Origin: Terracidiphilus sp.
GTDB lineage: Bacteria; Acidobacteriota; Terriglobia; Terriglobales; Acidobacteriaceae
Direction of reading: 5' to 3'
DNA: 64,000 nucleotides
Assembly: GCA_036489735.1 (NCBI GenBank)
Contig: DASXFF010000154.1
Coordinates: 494-64,493 of the forward strand
The notes under the pieces were generated by a model. That model saw only the letters and a list, made by a program, of their open reading frames with translations, was not told where the DNA came from and searched no databases. Position 1 is the first letter of the stretch; the number at the start of each line of letters is the position of its first letter. The translations under genes were made by a program, and so were the position numbers. Shown here in pieces: positions 49,323 to 58,379 of the stretch.

Positions 49323-49706
49323 TTACCGCGAGCGTTCATCCCGCTCCCGCAACTGTTCGTTCATCACGTCGAATGCATGATTGGTAATGCGCAGCGCTGT
49401 GAACACTTTTTGTTTTGCTTCTTCACCCTTGCGGCGCTCGGCGGCGTAATGTCCCACCACCGCGCTGCCTGCCACGCTGGCCAGCACCAGCGAGGCCGCA
49501 ATGCGCTCAAGCCACACCAAACGGGTGCGCTTTTTTGAGCGGATCTCGATCCCGACCACCTTGCTCTGTCGCTCCAGCCTGCGACGCTCCATCACCTTGT
49601 GCTTCAGGCGGTCCGGAGCCGGCGCTCGCTCCAGCGCTTTCCGCAAATCGCGCTCGAATTCCTCGATCTTGTCTTCGTCCATTTTGTCCAGCCTGTCAAA
49701 CTCCAC
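49323..49706 (-). CDS. Putative single-TM anti-sigma factor (start uncertain)
   Basis: Overlaps sigma gene end; L...PAP..L...VM helix then TM segment IAASLVLA. Confidence 0.6.
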   Translation of the reverse strand: MEFDRLDKMDEDKIEEFERDLRKALERAPAPDRLKHKVMERRRLERQSKVVGIEIRSKKRTRLVWLERIAASLVLASVAGSAVVGHYAAERRKGEEAKQKVFTALRITNHAFDVMNEQLRERDERSR

Positions 49707-50214
49707 GCACAAACTCCTTCAACTGGCTCTCGGCCTTGGCCCGCAGCAGCTTCAATCCGCGCTGCAGTTGGCTTTTCACCGTGGCCAATGGCGCGCCCAG
49801 CATCGTTGCGATCTCTTCCGGCGTCATCTCCTCCTGGTAGCGAAGAACGAGCGCCGCGCGTTGCGCCTCGGGCAAAGTAGCCAGCAGCCGCTCCACGCGA
49901 TCACCCAGCGGCGAAGTCCGCTCTTCGGCCTCCGCGCCGTGGGCCTCATCAATCTCGACCCACTGGTGGATGCCGCGAACGCGCCGCCTGCGCAGTGCAT
50001 CCGCCGACCGGCTCATCGCCACGCGCCGCAACCAGAAAACCACGTGCTGCGGATTTTCGATCTTACCGAGATTCTTGTCCAAAGCCAGAAAAACATCCTG
50101 GGCAATTTCTTCAGCCAGTCCGCGATCGCCGGTCATTCTCAGCGCCAGCGAAAAGACCATCGACTGGTGCTCGTCGACAAGCATTTCGAAGTCGGGCTTC
50201 CAGTCCAGGGCCAT
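49696..50214 (-). CDS. ECF RNA polymerase sigma factor
   Basis: AEEIAQDVFL, WLRRVA, LPEAQR..LVLRY...EEIA..L....TVKSQL.RG. Confidence 0.92.
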   Translation of the reverse strand: MALDWKPDFEMLVDEHQSMVFSLALRMTGDRGLAEEIAQDVFLALDKNLGKIENPQHVVFWLRRVAMSRSADALRRRRVRGIHQWVEIDEAHGAEAEERTSPLGDRVERLLATLPEAQRAALVLRYQEEMTPEEIATMLGAPLATVKSQLQRGLKLLRAKAESQLKEFVRGV

Positions 50215-50427
50215 ATACCGCTGCTACCTTCTAATCCGCAGAAGTCCGCGGGATGGGATGCATAGAATTACGGATTGGCGCGAGAAAAGTTCAGGGCTGA
50301 AAAATACGGAGGGAGCGGGGGCTGTAGGCTCTGAAAGAAACTCGCAAGCGATCATGCCTTCATGCCCGGAGGTCGCTACTCGCAGCGGTCTCCTGCATTT
50401 TCAAAGCCGTAGCCCGGCGCGAAAACT

Positions 50428-50592
50428 GGGTGCCCCAGGTCCGCGGTCCCCACAGATACGTCTTGGTCCGTGGGGTGGAGATCCCGATTCCGAGACCTGG
50501 GATAGCACTGTCACCGGCCTGCGGTTTCAATCCATCACGAAAAGAGGATCCCCATCCTAAACTCGTTCTTTGCGTTTAGGGTGGGAAACTAC
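50428..50592. repeat. Two REP-like elements, the first interrupted by a 40-bp hairpin insert
   Basis: GGGTGCCCCAGGTC[insert]..GAGACCTGGGATAGCAC and CCCCATCCTAAAC...GTTTAGGGTGGGAAACTAC. Confidence 0.75.
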
Positions 50593-50640
50593 GGACCTGC
50601 AATCCCCGCCTTCACCCCAGCACGATCTACACTGATCCGT

Positions 50641-51795
50641 ATGCAACGTCCCGCATGGTTGCTTGCGTTTCTATTGTTTGCGCTCGGCGCGGCGCACGCG
50701 CAGTGGGGCATCGAGGACTCAAACACCACCGCCGATCTGCGGGGCATCTTCAATGTCGGCGGAGGGGTCGCTTGGGCCTCGGGCTCGAACGGCACAGTTC
50801 TGCGTACCGAAGACGGCGGCTACGTCTGGCAGAACTGCGCGATTCCGCCGGGCGCTGAGCATCTCGATTTTCGCGGGGTGCAGGCGTTCGACGCGAACAC
50901 AGCCATTGTGATGTCCAGCGGGAAAGGCGATCTGTCGCGCTTATATAAAACCACCGACGGCTGCCACACGTGGAAGCTGGTTGCGAGGAATCCCGATCCG
51001 GAGGGTTTTTGGGATGCTGTGCAAGCAGGCGATCCAGAGTCAGGCGAGAACAATGATCGCGAGGCCGATAGAGCTCTCTTGCTAGGAGATTCCGTGAACG
51101 GTGAGCTCCGCGTTTTCGAATGGAAGGAGGGTGGGGAAGAACGAGAGTTAGAGCTTAGCTATCAAATGCGTGGCAAAAGCGAAACAGGAGAAGGCTCATT
51201 CGCAGCCAGTAATTCCGTGCTTCAGATTGCCGGCACTCGCCAAGTTGACCCAACCTGGAAATACGCATTTCGGTTCGCCTCTGGCACTTCCGCGCAATCC
51301 TTTATTTCAATCGTGAGGGACGAGAAGACCGCGACGTGCGAGCCCTGCAGAGAGGAGCGCTTGAGAGTTGAGATTCCAATGGCCCAGAACACCGATTCAT
51401 CAGGTGTGTTCTCCTTCGATTTCCGGACCGATTTAATTGGTGTCGCAGTTGGGGGCGATTATAAGAAGCCGGATTCCACCGTTCGCACAGCTGTGTCTTC
51501 GGCAGACGGGGGGCAAACGTGGAAACGAGCACAAACCCCGCCCCACGGCTTCCGCTCCGCCGTCGCCTACGACGCCGCCAGCAAAACATGGATCACCGTC
51601 GGCCCCAACGGCACCGACATCTCAACCGACGATGGCCGCAACTGGCGCGCGCTCCATCCCGATGCCGCGCTGCACGAAGCGCCCGACGCCGACAAGAATT
51701 GGAACGCGCTCTCGCTGCCCTTCGTCGTCGGCCCGCACGGAAGGATCGGGAAGCTGAATGAGAAGGCGCTGGATGCGGCGAAAACCGGCAAGTAG
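50641..51795 (+). CDS. Secreted BNR/Asp-box repeat (YCF48-like) beta-propeller protein
   Basis: Asp-boxes RTEDGGYVW, KTTDGCHTW, SADGGQTW, STDDGRNW; signal peptide. Confidence 0.85.
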   Translation: MQRPAWLLAFLLFALGAAHAQWGIEDSNTTADLRGIFNVGGGVAWASGSNGTVLRTEDGGYVWQNCAIPPGAEHLDFRGVQAFDANTAIVMSSGKGDLSRLYKTTDGCHTWKLVARNPDPEGFWDAVQAGDPESGENNDREADRALLLGDSVNGELRVFEWKEGGEERELELSYQMRGKSETGEGSFAASNSVLQIAGTRQVDPTWKYAFRFASGTSAQSFISIVRDEKTATCEPCREERLRVEIPMAQNTDSSGVFSFDFRTDLIGVAVGGDYKKPDSTVRTAVSSADGGQTWKRAQTPPHGFRSAVAYDAASKTWITVGPNGTDISTDDGRNWRALHPDAALHEAPDADKNWNALSLPFVVGPHGRIGKLNEKALDAAKTGK

Positions 51796-51801
51796 AGTTC
51801 G

Positions 51802-51839
51802 GTGGTTTCCCAGGTCTCAAATCGAGACCTGGGGCACCC
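51802..51839. repeat. REP-like element between convergent genes
   Basis: CCCAGGTCTC-AAATC-GAGACCTGGG-GCACCC. Confidence 0.8.
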
Positions 51840-51868
51840 AAAACCTGTGCGAGATCTAAGTCGGTTGC

Positions 51869-53272
51869 CTAAAACAGATCCGGAATGCTGTTGAACGCAA
51901 TCCGCGTCGGCGCGGCCTTGTACGCGGTCAGCATCGCGGCGGGAGCCAACGCGCTCATGCCGTACTTGTCGTTGATCTGATCCATCGTCGCGTTCAGCCG
52001 CGTGCGGCTCTGCTCTTCTTCGAGCCCGTCAAACAGCGCCAGCGTGTGCAGCCGATCGGGAACGAGATTGTTGAGCTGCACGCCGATGAAATAAGGATGC
52101 TCATATTCTCCGCCGGTTGGCCGCGACTCCCACAGCCGGCGCAACGCGGCGATGAGCGTTTGATTGTCCTGGCACTCGCTAAGCTTGATCTCACTGCGCC
52201 AGCCTCTCGTCGGTGCCCCGAACCGGCTTACCGGCATATTCTCGCCGCGCGGCACCGCAAAGCCGATGGCCAGGCCGATGTGGCTGGCCCAGAGTCCGGC
52301 TGCGCGCAGGCGCATTGCCGCTTTGTGCAGCAGTTTGTGCGCCACGCCCCAGGCTTTTTCGGCGGTGCGCATCTCCGGCGCCAGCACATGCGAGTGACTG
52401 ATGGATTTCTGATGCTCGGCCTCTGACCGTTCGAAATCTTCGCCCTGCAGCCAATGAAAAAGCCGCTCGCCCCACACCGATCCCCACATGTCGCCGGTTT
52501 TTTCGCGGTCGAGCGCAAGCAGATCGTCCATGGTGCGAATGCCTTTTTCGTTCAGGCGCTTCTCAGTGCGCGCGCCAATGCCGGGCAGATCGCGCAGCGT
52601 GAGTTGGTGCAGCGCCTCAGGCAAAATGTCGAGCGGCAGCGCCACGAGGCCGTCAGGCTTTTCCATGTCGCTGGCAACTTTAGCGAGATAGCGGTTTGTC
52701 GCGATTCCCACGGAGCTGCGCAGCGTTTCGCCAACGTTCTGGCGGATTGCTCGCTTGACCCTCATGCCAAGGTCCATCGCCGCACGCAGCGGCCTCTCGC
52801 GTCCGATGAGTCGGCAGGCCATTTCGTCGATCGAGCAAACCGCCGTGACCGGCACGCAGCTTTCCACCGCCTCAACCACGCGGTGGTGGTACTCGGTGTA
52901 AATCTCGTGGCGGCCCTCAACCAGAACAATCTCCGGGCACATGCGCTTGGCGTCGGCAACAATCGTTCCGGTGCGCACGCCAAAAGCCTTGGCCTCGTAA
53001 CTCGCGGCAATGCAGCAAGTCGTGTCGGCCATCATCGGCACCACGCCCACCGGACGGCCGCGAAGCTCCGGCCGCACCTCCTGCTCAACGGACGCAAAGT
53101 ATGAATTCAGGTCGACAAAAAGCCAGTTGAGCAGCGGTTCCTGTGCGGAATCCCCTGCCGGGATGGAGTTCGAGCCCCCGGGCGATTCATCCGCCGCGAA
53201 GCGCAAATTCGTAAGCTCCTCAGGCCACTCTTCCGCGGCGGACTGGGCAACCGGATTGGCGCGGGCAGCCAT
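51869..53272 (-). CDS. dinB: Y-family DNA polymerase (DinB/Pol IV-like)
   Basis: FVDLNSYFASVEQ, AASYEAK, SIDE, AKVASD..KPDG, LPGIG. Confidence 0.88.
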   Translation of the reverse strand: MAARANPVAQSAAEEWPEELTNLRFAADESPGGSNSIPAGDSAQEPLLNWLFVDLNSYFASVEQEVRPELRGRPVGVVPMMADTTCCIAASYEAKAFGVRTGTIVADAKRMCPEIVLVEGRHEIYTEYHHRVVEAVESCVPVTAVCSIDEMACRLIGRERPLRAAMDLGMRVKRAIRQNVGETLRSSVGIATNRYLAKVASDMEKPDGLVALPLDILPEALHQLTLRDLPGIGARTEKRLNEKGIRTMDDLLALDREKTGDMWGSVWGERLFHWLQGEDFERSEAEHQKSISHSHVLAPEMRTAEKAWGVAHKLLHKAAMRLRAAGLWASHIGLAIGFAVPRGENMPVSRFGAPTRGWRSEIKLSECQDNQTLIAALRRLWESRPTGGEYEHPYFIGVQLNNLVPDRLHTLALFDGLEEEQSRTRLNATMDQINDKYGMSALAPAAMLTAYKAAPTRIAFNSIPDLF

Positions 53273-53471
53273 CTTCGTCTTTCTATAGTTTCGCCTTTTC
53301 TTTGCTATTTTGCAATCTGAATCTTTTGTTGATTGGGCCGATATGCCCTGAAAGCGGTAGTTACTGACTCAAAGGGTGGGGATAGCGTCTAATGTAAATG
53401 GTGGGTAGCATTTTTCTGAGATCCCAAATCCTCCCGGATGGCGGGATCCTGACCCGGAATGGTGAACGAAG

Positions 53472-53624
53472 ATGCAGACCCTGGCACATTGGATCGCGGT
53501 GAATGGAATCTTGCTCGCCGTGCTGGTCACGTTAGGGGTAGCAGTATTGCTCGTCGCTTGCCTCGAGTGCACGCACTGTCCGAAGAGCAAGAAGGACGAA
53601 CTGTTCCGTCGCCACGAGGTCTAA
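53472..53624 (+). CDS. 50-aa single-TM small protein with CxxCxxC (not in ORF track)
   Basis: Own translation MQTLAHWIAVNGILLAVLVTLGVAVLLVACLECTHCPKSKKDELFRRHEV; fills an intergenic gap. Confidence 0.55.
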   Translation: MQTLAHWIAVNGILLAVLVTLGVAVLLVACLECTHCPKSKKDELFRRHEV

Positions 53625-53631
53625 ATTAGAC

Positions 53632-55884
53632 CTAGTTTTCTCGCCCCGCTAGTGCTTCCGGCTTCAGCCATGTTTCAAACTGCGCCAAAATTCGGTTGTA
53701 TAGTTCGGTCTCCGCTTGAGGGCCCGCGAGTGAGTGCGTCTTGCGCGGAAAGATCTGAAGATCGTACGGAATTTTGTCGTCGATCAGCCTCTGGACGAAC
53801 TGCACCGTGTTTTCAAAATGCACATTATCGTCACCGGTTCCGTGCGCCAGCAACAATCGGCCCTTTAAATCCGCCGCGGCATTGACGACGGAAGAATCGC
53901 GATAGCCCTCGGGGTCTTCAGCGGGCAAACCGAGGTAGCGTTCAGTGTAGATCGAGTCATAGTCGCGCCAGTCCGTGACGGCAGCAACGGCCACACCGGC
54001 CCGGAAGCGAGGCGAATGCGTCATGGCGTAGATCGTGAAGGTCCCACCCCAGCTCCAACCCCACCAGCCCAGACGCTGGGGATCGAGTTGTGGGTATTCC
54101 TTCAGCACCGCATCGATCACCGTTAACTGGTCCTCAAGCTGCACAGGGCCAAAGTTGCGATACGCCGCCTGCGCAAAAACGCGTCCGCGACTGCCCATGC
54201 CGCGATTGTCGGCGTGAAGCACAGCGAAACCACGCTGCGCCAGCAACTCATCGAACAGCAAATGGCCGCTCCATTGGTTCATGACCGTCTGGTCGTGAGG
54301 TCCTCCGTAAGGATTCACAATCAACGGTATGCTTGCCGGATTCGCCGCGCTTTGCGGAAGCAGCAGCGTGGCGTAGAGAGTGGTTCCATCGTGCGCCTCC
54401 AAACCAATCTGCATCGGCTCATGCAGGTGGTAGGCATCGAGTGCGTGCGTCTCCCAGAAGACGCGGCATGCGCCAGACTCGGACGCATTTGCAGTCCGGC
54501 AGACGCGCATTGAAGGCGGCGCCATGCGCTTGGAGAACTTGTCGGTGAAGGCGCTGCCATCGGGCGCGAAGGTCGCCTGGTGAAATCCATTGCCCACGCT
54601 CAACTGCTTGCGCTCGCCGTTGAAGCCTACCTGCCAGATCTGCTGCTCCAGCGGGTTGCCTTCGTTGGACGCATACTCCACTACCTTGCGAGCTGTGTCA
54701 ACGTTGTACACATCGCCAACTTCGAAATCGCCAGTCGTCAGTTGGCGTTCAAGCTTGGCATCGACGGCCAGAGGCCTCTCCTTGTCGTAGCGATACAGAT
54801 AGATGTGGTTGTGCCCGTCGCTCCAACTGGTGAGCACGATCGCTCCATCGTTCACCCACACGTCGTAGCTTTCATCTAGAAATTTATCGTCGGCGATTTC
54901 GAGCATAAGGCGCGAGTCAAGGCCGTCGGCGTCGGCAAAATAGATCGCGAGGTGCTTGTGGTCGCGGGTGAGCGTTTCCACCCAAACGGTTTTGCTATCG
55001 ACCCAACCGAAGCGAGGCACGTAATCTTCGCCGTCGTGAAGCGGCACCCTGATCCAAACCGTCTTGCCGCCATGCGCCGGCACCACGCCCAGGCGGACGC
55101 TCGGATTGGGATCGCCTGGCTGCGGATAGTGCTGCCAGTCCACGGTCGCGTGATTCGGAATCCAGTCGGTCAGTGGATACCGCGGCACCTGCGCCTCGTT
55201 CGTCTGCAGATACGCGATCTTCTTCGAGTCGGGCGACCAGAAATAGTTACTGCGCACGTCGAGCTCTTCCTCGTATACCCAATCCACCTCGCCATTCAGG
55301 ATCTCTTTGCCGTCAGCGGAAGTACTCGGAGCGGGAGCAATCGGGACGGTTGGTGTGCCGAATTCGCGAAGCGAGATCACAGCCAGGCCGTGATCCTTGA
55401 TAAACGAAATGGATAAGCCGTCCGGAGAGAACTTGGGATCGTCGCCAGAGAGAAGACCCGAAAATCCGATTTCAACTCCGGCGCCGTTGCGCAGGTCGTA
55501 GAGCCAGAGTCTGCCGTTGGAATCGAACAGAAGATGCGTGGAATCGGAAGCCCAGTTATAGCTGGCAAGACCATAGCGTTCACGGTGGTCGCGGTCCTTT
55601 TCGGAGCCGTTGCTGCCGTTCAGGTTTTCCATCTTCGCCGCGCTCACCAGCACATGCGTCTTGCCGGTCGCGGGATCCACATCCATTAATTCGCCGCCAT
55701 CGAGATAGGTCAGATGTTTTCCGTCAGGCGACCAAGTCAGTTCGTCCGGCGGCACGCCGGCGATGGGCCCATGGGCAAAGATGGCGTCGATCGTGAGTGG
55801 CTTTTCCGGCGTCTGCGCACGGGAGCGAGGGGCGGCCAGCGCGAAGATGGCAGCAGCCGAAAACAACAGGGCGGCTTTTCTCAT
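53632..55884 (-). CDS. S9B dipeptidyl peptidase IV-family protease
   Basis: DWVYEEE, YGGP, GWSWGG, HGTGDDNVH, catalytic His in KTHS. Confidence 0.93.
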   Translation of the reverse strand: MRKAALLFSAAAIFALAAPRSRAQTPEKPLTIDAIFAHGPIAGVPPDELTWSPDGKHLTYLDGGELMDVDPATGKTHVLVSAAKMENLNGSNGSEKDRDHRERYGLASYNWASDSTHLLFDSNGRLWLYDLRNGAGVEIGFSGLLSGDDPKFSPDGLSISFIKDHGLAVISLREFGTPTVPIAPAPSTSADGKEILNGEVDWVYEEELDVRSNYFWSPDSKKIAYLQTNEAQVPRYPLTDWIPNHATVDWQHYPQPGDPNPSVRLGVVPAHGGKTVWIRVPLHDGEDYVPRFGWVDSKTVWVETLTRDHKHLAIYFADADGLDSRLMLEIADDKFLDESYDVWVNDGAIVLTSWSDGHNHIYLYRYDKERPLAVDAKLERQLTTGDFEVGDVYNVDTARKVVEYASNEGNPLEQQIWQVGFNGERKQLSVGNGFHQATFAPDGSAFTDKFSKRMAPPSMRVCRTANASESGACRVFWETHALDAYHLHEPMQIGLEAHDGTTLYATLLLPQSAANPASIPLIVNPYGGPHDQTVMNQWSGHLLFDELLAQRGFAVLHADNRGMGSRGRVFAQAAYRNFGPVQLEDQLTVIDAVLKEYPQLDPQRLGWWGWSWGGTFTIYAMTHSPRFRAGVAVAAVTDWRDYDSIYTERYLGLPAEDPEGYRDSSVVNAAADLKGRLLLAHGTGDDNVHFENTVQFVQRLIDDKIPYDLQIFPRKTHSLAGPQAETELYNRILAQFETWLKPEALAGREN

Positions 55885-56257
55885 CGATGGCCTCTCCCGA
55901 ACGCGAATTTCGGATTGGGACTCCGGTCTGGAGCGCAAAGATTGATCGCAGAGACCGAAGCGGACGGGCCGGTCCGTCCAGAAGACTCAGTGTAAATCAA
56001 GGCGAATGACGGCGAATCGCGGAACGTGCGCAACTTTCTCCGCAAACAAATGCCGCTCGGCGCTGCCACGCTCCCGATCGCAGAAGCGACTCGCGGCAAC
56101 GGAACATCGTTTGTTGCTGCAAGAGCCAACAGTGGATGTCCCGCTGCGCGGTTCTACAATTGGCTTACTTCGGAACCGCAGACGCTCAGTGGCTCCTTCA
56201 AAGAAAACCCGCCTTGGACGAATCTGCAGACGGTAAGTGAATTGGAGAATCGCCTGT

Positions 56258-57589
56258 ATGCACTGGGCAACTCCTGAAGAACGGCGAGCACTTGGCCAGG
56301 CGCGGCGCAAGCAGGTAGGCCGCCACCAGCACGAAGCACTGCACCACAAGGCGCGCCCGGCTTCGGCGCTGGAACTCGTGGCGCGATCGATGCGCGGCCG
56401 CGTGCCTGCACTCATCCAGCTCAAATATCAGCTTATGGCGGAGTCGCCATTCGGATACTTTCGCGGCGCTGCACCCGTGATGGCCGCCGACCTGGCGCAG
56501 CTTCCTTCTACCGGGATCGTGAGCCAGCTCTGCGGCGACGCGCATGTGCGTAACCTGGGCGCGTTCGCTGCACCCGATGGCCGGCTGGTCTTCGACTTGA
56601 ACGACTTCGACGAAACGATTCGCGGACCATTCGAGTGGGACTTGAAACGTATGGCGGCTTCGCTGGTGCTGGCGGGGCGGGGCGCAGGTCACAAAGACAG
56701 TTCGGCGCGCAAAGCCGCGCAGGCCTGCATCGATCGTTACTCCGAACAAATGCGCGCTTTTGCGCGCATGCCGCAACTGGAAGTGAACCGGTTCCTGGTG
56801 CATCGCATCGATCTGGCTAAACCGGTGCATGACGCGCTGAGCAACGCGGAGCGCGCCACGCCGCAGCACATTCTTGAGCAACTGACGGTGCCGGTTTCGT
56901 CGCGGCCAGGTTCTACAAGGCCAGGTGGGCGTCGCCGCTTCAGGGAATCGAAGCCGATGCTCACTCGCGTGACCGGCGCCCGTGCAGCTGCCGTGATTGC
57001 TGCGCTCGGGCCGTATCGCGAAATGCTGGAGCCGCAGCGCCAGCACCTGCTCGATTTTTACCGGCCCGTTGATGTGGCCTTCAAAGTTGTCGGCACCGGC
57101 TCTGTTGGCTTGCGCGACTATTGCATCTATATGGAGGGCAATGGCCCGGGCGATCCGCTGTTCCTCCAGATAAAGGAGGAGGTCGCGTCGGCTTACGCGC
57201 CCTACCTGCCCGACGCCCGGGCAGCCGCGCACAATGGCCGGCGCACTGCCGAAGGGCAGAAGTACATGCAGATCCAGACCGATCCGTTTCTTGGCTGGAC
57301 GCATATCGGAAGCCGGCAGTATCTCGTGCGCCAGCTCAACGACCACAAAGGCGCGATCGCCATCGGAGACCTGGCCGGCACGAATCTCAAGGCTTATGCA
57401 GAGGTCTGCGGCGAACTGCTCGCGCGCAGCCACGCGCGATCGGGAGACGCACTGACCATCGCCGGCTACATCGGCGCGGGCGATGCGTTTTGCGAAGCGA
57501 TTGCCGAGTTCGGGATTGCGTATGCCGACCAGACGGCAAAGGACTGGGAAGAGCTGAAGAAGTCGGGACGCGCAAAGCGTAAGGCGTAA
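56258..57589 (+). CDS. DUF2252-family protein
   Basis: M..SPFGYFRG, LCGDAH..N, FDLNDFDE, WDLKR, KVVGTGSVG, LARSHARSG. Confidence 0.9.
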   Translation: MHWATPEERRALGQARRKQVGRHQHEALHHKARPASALELVARSMRGRVPALIQLKYQLMAESPFGYFRGAAPVMAADLAQLPSTGIVSQLCGDAHVRNLGAFAAPDGRLVFDLNDFDETIRGPFEWDLKRMAASLVLAGRGAGHKDSSARKAAQACIDRYSEQMRAFARMPQLEVNRFLVHRIDLAKPVHDALSNAERATPQHILEQLTVPVSSRPGSTRPGGRRRFRESKPMLTRVTGARAAAVIAALGPYREMLEPQRQHLLDFYRPVDVAFKVVGTGSVGLRDYCIYMEGNGPGDPLFLQIKEEVASAYAPYLPDARAAAHNGRRTAEGQKYMQIQTDPFLGWTHIGSRQYLVRQLNDHKGAIAIGDLAGTNLKAYAEVCGELLARSHARSGDALTIAGYIGAGDAFCEAIAEFGIAYADQTAKDWEELKKSGRAKRKA

Positions 57590-57607
57590 CGCCCGCAACA
57601 TTTGTGG

Positions 57608-57637
57608 CTAGCGCCGGTATACGTCGTATCGGCGCAC
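57608..57637 (-). repeat. Degenerate duplicate of the 3' end of the 58380-60179 gene
   Basis: 57612-57636 matches 58393-58417 at 23/25 nt; reads VRRYDVYRR-stop versus LRGYDVYRRRQN-stop. Confidence 0.85.
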
Positions 57638-57648
57638 GGTGCCGCCTG

Positions 57649-58053
57649 TCAGTTGCCATGGCGTTCCCAAAATACGGCCGGCGAAATAATTGGATACCGC
57701 GACGCGAGTGCCAATAGATCCTTATCGCCAGTGATGAGGTAGTCTGCTTGCGCAGCACGCAGGGTGCCCAGCACTGCCTGATCGAAGTCGTCTCGTAAAG
57801 TTTCGTCCCGTTCATCACTTGGCTCGACGATGTCAGCCTGGAACATGAAGCTGTCGGAAAGGTCGCGAATCTCTGTCTGGCTCAAACCGATTCGTGAAAG
57901 CCGCGGCAGCACCCGGACCATCTCGTCCAGAATGTATCTGGATAGCACAACATCGAGCCCGCCTTCGCGCCATGCGCGCAGAATCCGGCCTGGAACGCTA
58001 TCCGGATAGGCAAGGCCCGACACCAGAACGTTGGTATCCAAAACCACGCGCAA
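57649..58053 (-). CDS. PIN-domain toxin (VapC-like)
   Basis: RVVLDTNVLVSG, RD.FD..VL, ADYLITGDKDLL. Confidence 0.9.
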   Translation of the reverse strand: MRVVLDTNVLVSGLAYPDSVPGRILRAWREGGLDVVLSRYILDEMVRVLPRLSRIGLSQTEIRDLSDSFMFQADIVEPSDERDETLRDDFDQAVLGTLRAAQADYLITGDKDLLALASRYPIISPAVFWERHGN

Positions 58054-58061
58054 TCCCGGCC

Positions 58062-58331
58062 TCAGCGCTTTCGTTCCTGCTCAACTGCTGCATCGATCTC
58101 CGCCATGCCCAGTTCAGCCGGCACATCTCGATAGGCTGCAGCGACTCGGCCGGTCAACTCATCGAAACGATCGCGCATGCGACGAATGCGTGCGAAGAGA
58201 TCGGCATCGACAAGAACCGCGACCGGCTTGCCGTCTTTGTTGATCACGATGCTGTCATTCCGGTATTGAACCTTATTGAGCATTTCGCCCAGGTTCTGGC
58301 GGAAGCTCACGGCACTGACTTCGTCAATCAT
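58062..58331 (-). CDS. Phd/YefM-family antitoxin
   Basis: FRQNLGEMLNKV...IVINKDGKPVAVLV; directly upstream of toxin. Confidence 0.9.
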   Translation of the reverse strand: MIDEVSAVSFRQNLGEMLNKVQYRNDSIVINKDGKPVAVLVDADLFARIRRMRDRFDELTGRVAAAYRDVPAELGMAEIDAAVEQERKR

Positions 58332-58342
58332 GGCGACCTCTA

Positions 58343-58362
58343 ATCATAATGATCATTATGAT
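58343..58362. promoter_or_regulatory. 20-bp perfect palindrome, candidate TA operator
   Basis: ATCATAATGATCATTATGAT just upstream of the antitoxin RBS. Confidence 0.65.
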
Positions 58363-58379
58363 CAATATAATCGATATGG

